58,509 nucleotides of DNA, filler included, from Sphacelaria rigidula (GCA_964200075.2; 10 parts of 10 records of this genome joined end to end with filler, not necessarily neighbours in it), one strand, 5' to 3'. Shown: positions 35,069-49,224, counted from the whole stretch's first letter. Numbers and translations are program-made. Notes: generated by a model from the sequence alone, not told the origin.

Positions 35069-37685
35069 NNNNNNNNNNNNNNNNNNNNNNNNNNNNNNNN
35101 NNNNNNNNNNNNTTAATTAATTAANNNNNNNNNNNNNNNNNNNNNNNNNNNNNNNNNNNNNNNNNNNNTCAATGGTCGAACGACTAAGGCAAGCAACACA
35201 TGAGTACGCCCCACCCCCCCATGTCTGTGGTGATATGTTTTATGCTCACCTCGACCGCTGCCGCTTCCGCCGTTTCTGTTGCCGCCTCCGCTTAATCCAT
35301 CCCTCCAAATGTTCTGGCTATATTTCTTGGACTTGTTTTCGTGAGCAGGTATACCAAAGCTTTCACTTGTCATGCCCGGGCCGCGTTGAAGATATCACCC
35401 TTGTAACGACAGCCGGTGCCTCCCGTTGAGGGTCGTTCGGCGACATGTTGCCTGCTGCCGGCCGCGCGCGGGGCACCGCTTGGTCTACGTAGGCCCTCAT
35501 TTAGGAGAGAAAGACGCTGCGGTTTTCGCTTTTCAACTAATCAAGCAGTATTTTCGTAAACGTCTCCCCTCTGCCGACAGGGGTCAGGCCCGCAGAGTGT
35601 GGCTCACTTTGACCACGTGCACCAGTTCGATTAGTGTGTGTTCCCGACGGCTGGTGCTTGCCGGTCCTCCTAAACGAGACACTCCGCGCTATTTGTGCAA
35701 CGATCGCTGAAGGCCGTGCTTCACCTCAACGAAGGCTACGAACAGCTATTTCAGGCCAGCGATCAAACCAGCCGAGGGGCTACTATGGCCCCATGAGATG
35801 AAATGATCCGTTTCGGTCTTGGGGCCGTCACGTATGGGTGCTTCCCCAAGTGCCTCTACTCTACCGCGAATGTTTGGGTCATCCTGTACATTGTGCTCTG
35901 AATACGGGTGGTGGTCATGCCTCGCTCCGCAGTTTTCTGCTGAGGAAACATCGCAGGACTGGCGCTAAAGAGTGGTCGAGGATGCTGATGTGTGCGCATT
36001 AAGACTTATACTAGTGACACTCGTATATGGTAGCCCCTCATATGGTCCGAGATCCGCGCATGCATCACTTCCGCTGCGAATAGGGCGCACCAAGTAATTT
36101 TTATGGCCAGTCTCGGGGGGTATCCGCCCCACGTACAGCTACTCCCTCGTCTCTGGCTATCTGAGCGCCTACTTTTCACACACCTGGCGGGCGTCGCTGG
36201 CGGGTGGCTCACATGTCCAGGCTCGACAGGAGGGGCCGCCTACCGTGAGGATGCAGAGCCCCAGTCGACCTTGTGCGCCCGCATTCCTGCCACTCCGCCC
36301 GTGTTCTACATAGGCTCCTCTCCACGGCCTACAACTGGGTAATCGGCCAGCCCTCGGCCATCGCTCCCTCTGCGTCCGTTGCCCGTGCCACCGTGGCTCA
36401 CTGCCCCATCGTTAGGATTCCTACCGGTCGGGGTGTCTTCGCCTCTCATTCCTCTAACTATGCCCGCAGCTGTCGGCGACGTACCGTATTCCCCTCCAGC
36501 GGCCCCTTTCTCTTCGTCCCAGAGATCGATAGCGCCACCACCCGATCCCTCTCTGACTTCAACTAATCCAGTCGACCGTTGACGTCGAGAGGCACCGATG
36601 GGTTTCTCGCCATCATCGCCGCCTTCGGCCCTGTTGGTCCTGCTGCTGTCGGTGACATATATCCTTCGAGCCGCCGCTCCTATGGTGCCCCGAAGATCGA
36701 TAGCATCGCCCACGCTCCTTCATAATCAAATCAGCATAATGCACACCTGGGCTCTGGTCGAAGGAACCGTCGTACTGCAGCCCGTTTGTTCCCAAATGAA
36801 TCCACACCCAAAATGTCCCAACACGCTGCTGGAGCCTTGTATGGGTCTTTCGCGCAACCAAGTACGTGGAGAACAATGCTACGGTAGGGGTGCACGTTTT
36901 GCGCGAAATCTTGTCTGGTTCAGGGGCTCCTAACGATTCTAGACGCACAAGAATATGGGTCAGGGTATCCCCGTTTACAAATTCGTTCGGGACATGTCCA
37001 GCACATTGGAACAGTAACCCTGACATACTCTCATATGTTTCATAAGTCGTGTTTTGGATTAGATAAAGGGTTCCTAAAAATGCTAACCCCAGAAACAAAC
37101 TGTGCACCCCTACCATAGCATCACTCTGGGCATATCGAATAGGTTCTAGTGTTGGCCGAGTCCTCGTAGCATCTCGGTGCCCCAACGGCTTGTGCACGTC
37201 CATCATTTCCTCCGCCCGCTACGCGGACCGCATCTTCTTCCACCTCTCTCATGGTACGCTCAACGTGCGCTGTGGCGCCCACTCTCGTAGTAAAACACCT
37301 CTCCCGTATCCTTGTGCTTGACATAGCGTTTCGTCGGAGTTTGCCCGTGTCCACAGCGCGGCGGGGACCAGAGGCGCCAGTTCCATGCTCTTGGCACATC
37401 TGTCGTGAAGGAACAAGTCCCCACACGGGGCTGCACGTCGGCTGGTATATATATATATAAACATACATATATATGTACATGTATCATTTCACATTTTCCA
37501 TCACTTTTGCCGAGTTTTCTCTGGTGGCAAAGCATTGTTGTTTTGCAGCGCACTGAGAAGGCTCAGCGGTATATTGCCATTCAGGTTTGGGCCTCATCTG
37601 ATATCTGTGGCGCGTGTTCTGGTCACCAAAAGTCGCCTACACTGGCCGTTTTCCGCGGGGTGTCGATCTCGGGCCATAAAAGCCT

Positions 37686-37794
37686 CACGGGTGGCCACTG
37701 GGGTGCTGCAACCTCAAATTTGGACGTTACAGACCTTGCACAAGGTCTGTAACGTCCAAATTTGAGGTTGCAGGCACCCTAGTGGCCACCCGTG
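37686..37794. mobile_element. 109-bp hairpin MITE, CMC/EnSpm-like (CAC...GTG termini, 2-bp TSD CT)
   Basis: CT|CACGGGTGGCCACT...AGACCTTG-CA-CAAGGTCT...AGTGGCCACCCGTG|CT; near-perfect palindrome with a 2-nt loop. Confidence 0.75.
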
Positions 37795-38469
37795 CTTTTC
37801 ACGATTGTGAAAAATTCGAAACAGGGACCCGAACCACAAAAGCCTGTTGAAGATCATGTAAAACTCCAAGTAGCAGAATTACTTTTGGCGGGGTATGTTT
37901 CCCCCGTGTTTCTCTTTGTCGCGATCTCGTTCATTTGGGAACACGAGCACACCGGTTATGTCGCCAATATCACGAGAACATGAGAGCAGAGCAGTTGAAT
38001 ACAATTGAACATTGCCTTCGCCTGAGTCAGCAGTAAACACAAGACCATGCAATGAGCCGTTGGCGAGTTGAACAAGGCATAGACCTGGGCAAGCGTCTGT
38101 TCGTAGGATGGCCTGGGGTAGCAAGTAAGATACACCTCGTCAGGATAAGGTACAACAGTCTAGTTATATACCTGTTTGAATTCCGGGTACTACGCGGGAT
38201 GACTTTATATTGGGATGTTGGTGGCTGGACATACGTGAGTGGTGCTTGTCGCATCTTGAGATCTTGATCCCTACTGGGGTCACTCCCCTTCCTTCCCTCT
38301 TCATCAACGAAGCTTTATATACATTTTTACCTCATCTTGATCGGCAGTCAGCCGTGTCCATTGATCGACTATCGCAGTCGTGTCCATTGATCGACTATCC
38401 GAGTCGAGTCTGCACCCCACCCTCTCACGGGGTCACGAAGATACAAACGCTCTAGAGCCCCTACCCAAC

Positions 38470-40480
38470 TTGGTAGCTTTGTGGCCAAGGAACCGATGGC
38501 GGACTAGAGCACCGCGGAAAGACACTTGGCCGTCGTGGGAGACACATCGTCTCCAACGGAGATGCTGGAGGTGAAAGAGAATGTCGCCAGCTTGCAAGGA
38601 TCGGTGACGGGAATTACCGAGCAGCTGGCGGAGCTGAGAACGATGATGTCCCAATTAGTGCGCGGGACATCGTCCGCTGGCCTTGAAGCGGCAGTGGGCG
38701 GGGAGGGGGAGGCAGGCGACGGGAGGCACACCGCCGCCGGTGCCGGAACAGGGAGGGTCCGGTCACCACGCGGTGTAGGGATTGTATCAGGCCCTCTCCG
38801 AGAATCCACGGGCGACGGATCCGCCCATGTAAGTACGAACGAGGAGTCCCCGGCTTACTACCCTCATCTAGGCGTGAAGAGTTGTTCTCGTGTTGATGAA
38901 ACATTTGATGAGAAGTTTGACCGTAGGGAGGGAAATTGGCCGTTGTTCCGTGATGATGATTCCCTGACACAAGTTAGTGCCGCGGTTTTCATAAGCGCCT
39001 CACGTGACAGACGGGATATATTTCCGTATAACACAGGAAACTGGCCAGGACCCCCGTGAAGTGGCAAGGGAAGTCGAAAAAGGGATTTACGAATTTACAA
39101 GGGACCTTGGGAAATACGGGGGATTCAAAACCTGATGGGCGTGAAAAATGGTTCTGTAAAGGAGAGGCGGTGTTGGATTTGCCGGAAGCAAACAGCACAC
39201 TCCGCGCATGACTGTCCGGAGCGATATTGGATGAGATGCGGACAAGAGAGATATTCGTTCCAGGATTGTAGTACAGGAGAAGACGAAGATACAGCGATGA
39301 CAGTAGGGTTGTCGAGTAGTACAGATTCTTCAGTATGTTTAGAAGCGGACGCAGAAGCCTTTTGAAAATGGTGGCATGAAACCTACGCATGACTCAAATA
39401 CCCCTTCGATATTGATATGTTTTGAGTGTTCGTGGCCATCATGCAGATGGCGATTCATGTACCCAAGGAAAGGTTGTTGCCCAGGTGAATCGAGATGTTG
39501 GGTATCTCTGGACAAAGCTGAGACCATATTTTTTATATGAAGACCGAAACTCAGTGTTGATGTTTGACGAATATTTCTGTCTCGATGAGTGCAGACTTGC
39601 TTTGCGCGCTCGATTGACTCGATTGATGAGTAGAAGATCGTCTGCCGTTTTTGTGAATGTGAGAAGAGCGGGGCACCGCGTCTTAACTTGACCGTGGAAC
39701 GGTGTCGGTAAAATTGCACAGAGTGGAGTGCGTGAAGGGTGTTGAGGACATGGTTTGACATGGATGCCGAAACTCAACGCTTATGTGAAACATTGTTGCC
39801 ACCCCGATGAGCGCAGGACTGTGGGGCACCACACCCTTACTCGATCGGTTGAGGTGGAACCTTGTTCGTCGCCTTGGTGAGTACAGGCACGTGGGGCACC
39901 ATGGTCTGACTAGATCAGAGGATGCTGTCGGTAAAACGTTCCGCAGAGGGGTATGCGGATGAACGATGGTTGAGACCACGAAATTTGAGGTGGGTTCCGA
40001 AACACGACATCTAAGTGAAGAAGTTGTCATCATTCCGAGAGGTGCAGGATTCGCGAGGAATCGGTTTCTTGATTGGATTGGTTGATGAGACTTCGTTGTT
40101 ATGGTAGGAGCAAGGACTGAGTAGCGCAATACAAGTAGCTTGGCCTCATCATGATAATTTCGGAAGAGTGACTGTGGGCACTAATGATTCCTGTGCTGCA
40201 GTTCAGCAAAACGCATGTGACCCATATTTGATGGCTGATGGACAGAGCTAATATTATGTGCGAGATGCGGTTCATGTGCACAGCATGATAAAAGAAGAGT
40301 GCATTGTATCACACATATGGGAGCTGGTCGTTGCTCGCTTAGCTGGCCACGGTTGGCTGGCCAGGCGAATTCCATACAAGTTTACACATGTTGGCACGGC
40401 ATGTAAAAAGACGAAGTGTACTGTTTCATGCAACCCGGATGCTAGCGGCCGAACTGCCGTTTGATCCATGTGTGGTATGT
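38470..40480 (+). mobile_element. Heavily decayed LTR-retrotransposon internal region (gag-like, possibly Copia)
   Basis: TGGTAGC PBS-like motif at ~38471; coiled-coil-like ORF 38526-39059; knuckle-like CWICRKQTAHSAHDC plus a degenerate second knuckle (~39170-39270); weak RNase H-like remnant near 40300-40400. Confidence 0.5.
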
Positions 40481-41102
40481 GAACGAGAAGTGAAGAGTTG
40501 AAATAATAGTGCTGGATCCGGGTATCATATGTGGGTGTGCGTTCGCGACTGCCGTAACGCGACACCACAGAACGGTACGTGATAAGCGTATGTTCATCGG
40601 TTGGTGATTGACGCGCCTGAGTAACATGGATATTGATACCTTTCCTATCTGCTGTCCCACTGCCCATCCCCCTCGGGTCTGCACGATATATGAGACGCTG
40701 AGCCTCCAAAAACCATTCTTGTCCGACACAGGTGCTGTCTGCAAGGCTGAGACGAGCATGACATGACGGATGGTTTTGGAGGGTGGTGGCCGACCGGGAT
40801 CAAGATCAGCCCCTGGCTGCGAATCTCCCCGCCATGGGGGAAAGATGATGAATGCAGCACTCCTTCCCCGTGGCCTAGAAGAGGGGGGGGGGGGGGGGTC
40901 TCCATCTTTGTTTTTCCTTAGTGGTTGGCNNNNNNNNNNNNNNNNNNNNNNNNNNNNNNNNNNNNNNNNNNNNTTAATTAATTAANNNNNNNNNNNNNNN
41001 NNNNNNNNNNNNNNNNNNNNNNNNNNNNNAAAAACGCGTTTGCACTATTTTATTTCTTCTCCCTCCCCAACGGGTTGTAGGGGAGTTTCGTGGAGAAAAA
41101 TT

Positions 41103-41134
<32 letters not shown>

Positions 41135-41813
41135 CTCCCTCCCGTCTCGAAAGGGATGCGTGGTCGATGGTCACACGACTAGGGCAAGCAACAAGTGAGT
41201 ACGCCCCCCCCCTCCCCTATCGTAGCATTACTCGGTGAGTGCAGTGCACCAGTCCGGTGCGGAGTTTCCAGTGTGGTGATACGAACTTGGGGATCCACCG
41301 AAGTATGGTGCGACTCCCCCTGTACGTTGTGTGCGACGCCCTAGTATGAACTCGAGGTCATGAGTGTTCGGGGATCGAAAACTGATCATCCGGGGGAAAG
41401 TCATACTCTGGTCTGCCGTGGTGATTGTGGATGATGACTATGTTGACCTCATTGTTCCGTTCTCTGCCAAAGGGACAGGGGGTCCGGTTAACAATGGTCT
41501 ATCAGTCATAGCTGAGGCACGCAAAACAAGCATATTACCTTCCTTTGCCACGTTCCATCTGATGTATCGGTTTGTGGACGATCACTCATATCTGATTTGT
41601 CATTTTTTTTGCCGACTTCCTGGGTCCCACTGCAACATGTTAGCAAAGGTCATTTCAAGGAACACAGTATCTGTCTACCCGTACTACATGAATTCTTCAT
41701 GGAGGAAGCCATGGATACGATCGTTCGCCCCGGTCCCCCCCCCCCCCATTCTCTGCGCCCCCGCATCCGGACATACCCGTCCCCACTCTGTCTTTTCTTT
41801 TCGAAAAATTCAG

Positions 41814-41897
41814 TTCGACCAGCGACAGAAGGCGCAGGGACTCCCGACCGCAGACGAGATGAACAAGCAAGAGATGCTCAACAAGTTTATGGCGCAG
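41814..41897 (+). CDS. NUDC: NudC (nuclear migration protein / BOBBER-like co-chaperone), penultimate coding exon
   Basis: CAG|...CAG|GTATGG, 84 bp, FDQRQKAQGLPTADEMNKQEMLNKFMAQ, matching the conserved NudC C-terminal motif. Confidence 0.93.
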
Positions 41898-42624
41898 GTA
41901 TGGTTCCATCACAGCCGGTTCCGTGCTGGTGTAAACAATTCGGCGGGATTTGGCTCGTGGTCCATACACAATTGTTGGACGTTTGAGTGAGTCAGCACAA
42001 ATCTCGACTTTTACCAATTTCTTCTTTTCTTGGAAAAGATCGACAGTGTTTTGTGGGTCAGTTGATTGCCCCCCCCCCCCGATCGTAAGCGTGACGTTCT
42101 CGTGNNNNNNNNNNTTTTCCCATTTTTTTTTTTTTTGAAAAAAATTCATTGCTGTTTGTGGGGCCTTTTGTTTCCCCCCCCCCCCCCGATCGTAAGCGTG
42201 ACGTTCTCGTGGGCTATGCGCAAGATTTGGAAGAGAAAGAACCCACTCAAGCTGAACCTACTGACTTGATTTATTCAATTGTTCCACTTTGCGGTGTGGG
42301 GAGGCATTGTGCTCTGCTGTTCTCGTCAACATGAAAAGAAGTTGCATCCTCAGCAAAAAAAAACCACGTCCAAAAAATGACGTGTTCAACCCATCAAATG
42401 CACACCGTAGACAAGAAAAGAAGAGAAACGAACGACCCCAAGAACAGGATCGCCCACACAAACCACCATAAATGCATGCCTGAGCAATGATAGCCGGTGA
42501 TATGGTCTACAGATATGAGCTTTCAGTGAATAATTATTACAGCTGGGGCGCGCTCACACATCGAAGACGTTGGATGTGAACTCCGAATCGGCGTTTTTCT
42601 CATCTCGGGCGTCATCTGTGATGA

Positions 42625-42921
42625 ACAATGTTTTCGTGAGATTGAGAGTAGAGGATACGATCAAGCGTGAAAAGCGGTCAATTGATGAATATATCGTTTT
42701 GTTCCGAGTTGACCCTCCACGAGGCACGATGTGCTTCCTGTATAGTAGCTAACCCCTGAGGCCCTTGATACCCCTGAGCAGGATATCGACGCGTAGCTGT
42801 AAGCACATGCCAGTGGTGGAGGCATAGAAAAACACACGCGGAATGAAAAAATGGCCAAGTTTAAGTGAATGATCAAAGCCATTCTCATTCAGCGCTGTAC
42901 TCTCAATCTCACGAAAACGTT
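42625..42921. mobile_element. MITE family B, full copy in the NudC last intron
   Basis: ACAATGTTTTCGTGAGATTGAGAGTA...TACTCTCAATCTCACGAAAACGTT. Confidence 0.88.
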
Positions 42922-43599
42922 CATGATGCAGCATTGCATCAGAATACACGGTGCATAGTACGTTGCATGTGCTCCCTGATCGTTTTGATCCAGCTGTTCA
43001 TTCGACCGTCGAGACGGTATGGCTGTGCGATGTATGACATCTAATGTTCATACACACGGTTTCGCGTCTACTGAAGTACAGAACTACCGGTGTTGACTAT
43101 CATGTGCCCGAAAATTATTCTTGGCGTAGGCGAGCACATGGAGGAGCAAGACGTCCGCTCCCAATTGCGTATATTTTTGTTAAGTTGACTTAGCCAGCGT
43201 GAAGAAGGGTCACGTCACAGAGTTGCAATCGGAAGTCTTGACACGTCTTCCTTATCTGATGATCCATACATTCATACGTCGTTTGCTTTTGTTTCTATCC
43301 GAGACGCATGGTGGCCGCCGAGGTTACGAGGAGAGACAGGAGCAACACCCATGTTAGTACGCGGATGTTGCCCGTTCGTCAGAGCGTTCTTTTCATGCCT
43401 TTTTTTGTTGTTTTTGTAGCTGTTTGATCTCGTTAGCACTGATTGTTCGCAATTTTTCCCATCCTGCCGTGCCCCCCCCCACCCCCCACCTCCCACCCCA
43501 TTTCCTCGTCATGTTCCGTGTTGCCTACCGACGCCATTTTCTTTCATCATACTGCTTCTCCATGACGCCAAAAATGCTTCGTGAAATGGGAAATGACAG

Positions 43600-43638
43600 C
43601 ATCCGGAGATGGACTTCTCGAAGGCCAAGATTAATTGA
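43600..43638 (+). CDS. NUDC: NudC last coding exon (HPEMDFSKAKIN*)
   Basis: CAG acceptor; continues the previous exon in phase 0 to give KFMAQHPEMDFSKAKI; intron 41898-43599. Confidence 0.93.
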   Translation, partial: HPEMDFSKAKIN

Positions 43639-44583
43639 TGTGGATAGCTCTTGGTCGATGCCTTTTCATAGTGACCAACATGACCTGATACAGGGAGTTT
43701 GGATATGAGCTCGTGCCCCTCCGCTAATGACCTGTCCTTTCCCATTCAGAGGAAGACCACAATACCTATACGTTATGAAAAAAGTGCAGCGCGCGTTCGA
43801 CCGATCAACGGTCCGTTGTCGGTTCGGTACGTGGTGTTGGACTACATGATGATTGATTGATTATTGTCGCACTTAAACTGACCCCCCCAGGGGTCCAGCC
43901 GTGGTCACATATCCCGCATGACGGTAAAAGTGCACAATAACTTGAGTGAAGGAGTTGAGTCTCGTGAAGGTGACTTTTGGCCGCACTACAAGTATGGTCG
44001 TTCCTCCGGTGTACGGCAGCGTGATGCGTGCGGTGTTGGCGAGTGCTTACGATGTGGGTGGGTAGGGCACGTGGTTGGAAATGAAGGTTTGACTCTACCG
44101 TCAGTAGAGTGGCCGGTTGGAGGCATCGGGCGCGCGTGCACTGCACCACAATAGGACGGAATGACATCTCACCATAGCCGTTGTTTTACGTGTTTTTCTG
44201 TTGCTAGCTTACCGAGGAGCGTAACTTCCGCTGGGAAAACAGCAGCAATGATCTTGCGCATAGTACCGTACCGTACCGTACCGAATCGGACAGCCATGCG
44301 GCAGTGCTGCAGCACAAGACGTGTGCTCGTTCACTGTACTTTGCGAAATGAGTTCGGGTTGTACGGCAGCCTTCGAATGGCGGAGGAGGGGATAACAGAG
44401 TTTACATGAACACGTGACCAAAACGCCGTGATTGTACTGCACTGCTCTGACTGCTGCATGAATTAGGACTGTATCGCAGCGTTCAAATTGAGGACAAGAC
44501 GAGAAAGTAACTTTTTACACGAAAGTAGTACTAAGCATGCCCAGCGTGACCCACACTTGATTTTACTCCGGTGTCGACGTGGC

Positions 44584-44960
44584 TGTTCGGGTATGCAAGA
44601 GACAAGTCCCATTCATGTGCTCGCCAGCGCGCAGCTTGCGTTGCGTTTTTGACCAAATCGGCTCCTGTCTGCGAACGCATCCTCTGCCTAAGGCACCCGC
44701 TGTACCACCCTTGCCCGAGGGTTCTCAGTTTGCCTCGGGCTCGGCCTTGGGTTTAAGCTAGGGTTACTCATGGGGTTTGACACAGGGAGAGTGCAAAAGC
44801 GCACTCGTCTGTGCAGATCCTGAGATCCTCCGCGGAATTTGTTTTTGGCGGGTTGATTGTTGGCGCCAAGTTCCGATAGGGTACCCATACACAACAGTTT
44901 GTCTCCCGCCAGCTTTGGCCCCCTGCAGCGTGAGTAAGCGTCTGATGTCTGCTCCAAACA
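44584..44960 (+). repeat. Putative 5' LTR of the Copia element
   Basis: TGTTCGG...CCAAACA inverted termini, followed by GGTTCCGCCCCA (resembles the Copia GGTTATGGGCCCA PBS) and then gag. Confidence 0.45.
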
Positions 44961-45499
44961 TTTAGGGGTTCCGCCCCACACACCACGAAGATTCAACGAA
45001 CATGTGTGATGCCGTTGAAGTGTGTGTGCCGGCGAGAATTTTCAGCACATGTTCTGCGGGCCAACCAGCAGGGGGCTACAATTTCTTGGGCGTCGAGTTT
45101 CGGCTTTTTGGCGGGGGATAATTGAAAAGAAAATAGTACAGCTGTGCAGTTCGGCGTATCTTCTGCGGAGCTGGGGGCACCGTCACCCCTTCACGAAGAA
45201 GGCTGAAGAAGGATATTTACATTAAAGGGTACACAAGCGAACAAAAAAACAGTTCTTGTACAACAAGATGTTATTTTTCAGCAGAGTAGGGCGTATCCTT
45301 TCTTGGAAAGAAATCTATGTACTTCAGAGGACGAAACTGGTAGTGAAAGAGTTAGTAATGAGGATAAAATAGTCCTAGGATTGATTGATTATCTCACATT
45401 AGGTGATTGCAACAATTCAGCCCGTGGTCAGGAGCAGCAAAAATAGAACAGAGTAAAAACAATTAAAAAAAAAAAAACAGAAAAACGTATATGCGATCG

Positions 45500-46430
45500 T
45501 GCGAATGAACAACTATTCAATATACTTCATTTTACTACGACCGGACCTGCAAACAGTTTTATGCTACCGTTCGAACCACAGGTTTCAGCAACTGCCGACG
45601 GTAAGAAAGCTTGGGACGGCTTGATTGCCGAATATCAAAATTCATCAAAACAAAGACGTATAATTCTGATGAGACAGACAATTCAACTACGTCGCAAGGT
45701 GAGGACCCGGATGTATTCCTCTCAAATTTATATCAAATCAAAGACGAGTTGACTAATATGAATGGGAGCGTCAGTGATGAACGATTGACAGATATGGTCA
45801 TCGAAGGACTAACTGATGGTTACAGTCAAATCAAATACGACGCTGAACGAGATCCTGATTTTAGCCTGTTACCGATCGGATTTACTGTGAGGAATCTATA
45901 TGTCAATCGTTCAGCTCGTGGCATATCTGTGAGAAAACCTGTAGGTAGAGAGTGCCAGGTATGCACCATCACCCTTAGATTCATCTTCAAATTCCACCAA
46001 ATGTCGGAATAAATGTTATAATTGCGGGAAACCTGGTCACCTCATGCGTGACTGCAGATCTATAAAGCAGCGTAACGGCAGACAGGTCGAGTGGTGTAGC
46101 CTACACACGATGATTGAACATGATTACTCAGAGTGCAGAAATCAGATAAACAATGGGAACGCTAGTGGTAGCTCTGGATATATGAGTAATAATCGCTACG
46201 GTTATCATCGGAACAACAGTCATAGCGGTAATCGTGTTAACAGTTATAACCATCGAAACATACAGAATCGTGGACCTCTCAATCAGGCGAGCACAGCTAC
46301 TATAACTCCCACGTCAACTACAGTACTTGTGTGTACCGATGTTCAGCAATCAAGTACACCTTCAGCAGCGACTGTCGTGGAACCTTCTCCACGAAGCGGA
46401 GTTGGGTTATCTTTCTTGCTGGGAATCTAG
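45500..46430 (+). pseudogene. Ty1/Copia gag (UBN2 / Retrotran_gag_2-type), truncated before the protease
   Basis: DGKKAWDGLIAEY; GEDPDVFLSNLYQIKDEL...VSDERLTDMVIEGLTDGY; knuckle CYNCGKPGHLMRDC (46014-46055); WCSLH...HDYSEC; frameshifts. Confidence 0.85.
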
Positions 46431-49126
46431 CGGATTCTTCTCCAGAATAATACCTTTCCCTTTCGCAGTTCGGTTTTTCAAACCACGTCCACATCATTAA
46501 AACGACTCTTGTTACCTGAGGAACTGTGGCTTCCCCGTCCCCCCGCCAGGTATGAAAGAACGACGAAAGAGTTTTTACGAGTGCGTGTGACACCCAGAGT
46601 TCCTCCTGTATGAAAATCCCGGTTTTACTACCTGCAAACCGTTTTATGCCCGTTGCTTTCTAATCAGAACGTTAAAGTGTCGATTTTGGTTCGGTTCTGT
46701 ACTGATTGGCGGATGTCAATCCCAGCAAAGTTTGGTAGTAACAGGGTTGCCAGAAAAATGAGAACGTATTTTGAAGTGAGAATCAACCGNNNNNNNNNNN
46801 NNNNNNNNNNNNNNNNNNNNNNNNNNNNNNNNNTTAATTAATTAANNNNNNNNNNNNNNNNNNNNNNNNNNNNNNNNNNNNNNNNNNNNGAAACAGAACA
46901 TCAGAGGTGGTATGCCCTTTTTTTTCGTGGCATTTTTAGTTTTTTTTTTTTTGGGGGGGGGGGGGGGCTATCGTAGAAAGTGTCTATTATTGTCTTCCCC
47001 TTTTTAAAAAAAAAATAATTCAAACCCCAACCCAACCTTAATATTTTCGTTGTTATAAAATAATTATCTATTACTTCTTATAGATATTTAATTTAATAAA
47101 TATCCATTACTTCTTGTAGGGAGGTATATATAGGCTAGGGGTATACCTATACTAGGCTCTAGCGGGAACGCCTACAACACGACTATCCTGGATGGTGGCC
47201 ACGGGAGTTGAGGCTTGGTGGGGCTTTTGGGATGCCTTTATCCGGATTGTGGGCTGCAGGAGTAGCCGGATAAAACATGGATTAATCCGCGGATTTTTTT
47301 TTCAAACGGAGCGGATTAGAATTGAAGTCAAACGGAGCGGAGTACATCTCTAGATGCAAAGTGTCGACGACGTGATGTGTCTAAGACTTTTGATGTCGAT
47401 ATTCCTCAATTGGGGCCAAACACCGTGTCAATTTTCCCGAAAGTGGAAGGTACGATCCCCAAAAAATACGAACCGTAGGAAACGGTTCAACACGGAATTT
47501 CACAAATGAGCATGGATTTTAGGAGGGGATGAACGGTGGGAACCTCCATAGGCATGGAACTACATCACAGTGTTGCGCCAAATGAAAAAGAAAAAAATTG
47601 GAACACAATCTGACCATCTTTCCCTCTAATGCGCACTCCTGCAGCGCACAATATCAGATATAGCGACGTGGAACTGTTGACTGTGGTTCGCACAATATAT
47701 GAGCAAAGTTTCAGCGCCTCGCAGCGGCTACAGCGCGCGTAGGGTCGTGCGTCATGAACTGCGCAGCTCTCCAGACTGTGTGCCGGTCGGTACACTACAG
47801 ATGGTCATGATCCAGATAGGGTCGCAGCAGTACAGACGGGTGTCAGTTTTTTACCACATCAGCCGACCAGTCGCGCTAAATGTCCAAGTTTGTGCATGTG
47901 CGCGTGCACACATGCGTTCACCTGTAATGCGCAAAGTCTGGGCAGCTGCATAGCCGATTTGAGAGCGCATGGACGGTATTCTCCACAACCGGTTGGGGCC
48001 ATGTTGTACGGTGTTCCCCGGCCCGATCGCGCGGATGCTTTGGGTATATACTGCCTGTGTTGTGCCCAACTAGTGTGCAAAGTTTCATGATGAGACACGC
48101 AGTCACAGGCGAGAAATCCACAACTCAACTTGCACTGAAAAATGGTGGTTTACCGTAGGAAAGTACTCCAATGAACACGAGATGCGGTTACGCCCTGATT
48201 GCACCGCATATCATATTCGGGTACGTGGTATTACGGTACGGGTATGCTGTCTGTCGTCTGTAGACCGTACATTGCATCAGCGTATTATACTGCACTTTAT
48301 ATAGTGGTCATGACGGAGTTTTCAAATTTCAAACCCATCAGCTGCGCCGCCAGACATGATGCAAATGATTGTGCCGTCCTCCAGTGCGACAAAAGCAAAT
48401 GAGATGCTTCTTTCTCAAGCGGATTGTACACTCCGTATGCTACGCCATGGGCGCGGTGGTGCGCTGGAACACCAAGCGGGGTCGCCACCTATCGTCGTAC
48501 AAAGGGGGCCCGCAAGGCACCCGTACCGAGCAACATCCACACCACCGAACGCGGGATATGATCACGTTCTCGGCCTACAGCTTGTGCCGGCGATCCAGCC
48601 TTGAACACAGCTTTTCAGATATGCCGTGTGTTGAGCCGCAGGTCGTCCCTCTGGGGCACCTCGCTCGTGTGAAGTACACCTACTTTGCGGATGATCCAAG
48701 CTGATCGTTTATACAATGATCTTGTACGCGAAAATCGGCGTACATTTGACTGTTTTTTTCTTGTGGCGCAACACTGTAAATATATCCAAATGCACTATCC
48801 GGCCGCGATGTGTAACCTCGCACACCTTGAAAAACAGGAGAGAACAATTTGCAAAATCCCGTGTTGACAAGGGCTTCGAATAATGAGAACGGTTTTTTGT
48901 ACGGGAATGACCAGAGGTCGAAATTGTCCCGTATGAACGCGAGGTATCACAAAGTACGGATGAACTGTTTCGAGGTTGAGCGAGGGCATCCATCATGGCC
49001 AGAGAGTGCATGTCATGTGCACTTTTATTCCGGAAATATTCCGATGCCTTTTAAGGTTTCGAGGGTTCATCCTGAATGAAAAAGACATCCTGAATCTGAA
49101 AAATCCTGTGTGACACCGTTTCTTAA

Positions 49127-49224
49127 CCCTTAGACGACGAGAGTAGATCATCTGTTGAATTGGCATCAATTTCACTTGAAGAAGGTGTGCATGGTCCAGA
49201 TGGACTATCCTCACGATCCAAGGG
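49127..49224. mobile_element. 98-bp piggyBac-like MITE, TSD TTAA
   Basis: TTAA|CCCTT...AAGGG|TTAA with ~28-bp imperfect TIRs. Confidence 0.8.

Noticed and set aside
42068..42211. Direct repeat flanking a 10-N gap
   Set aside because: Probably an unresolved overlap at a scaffolding gap.
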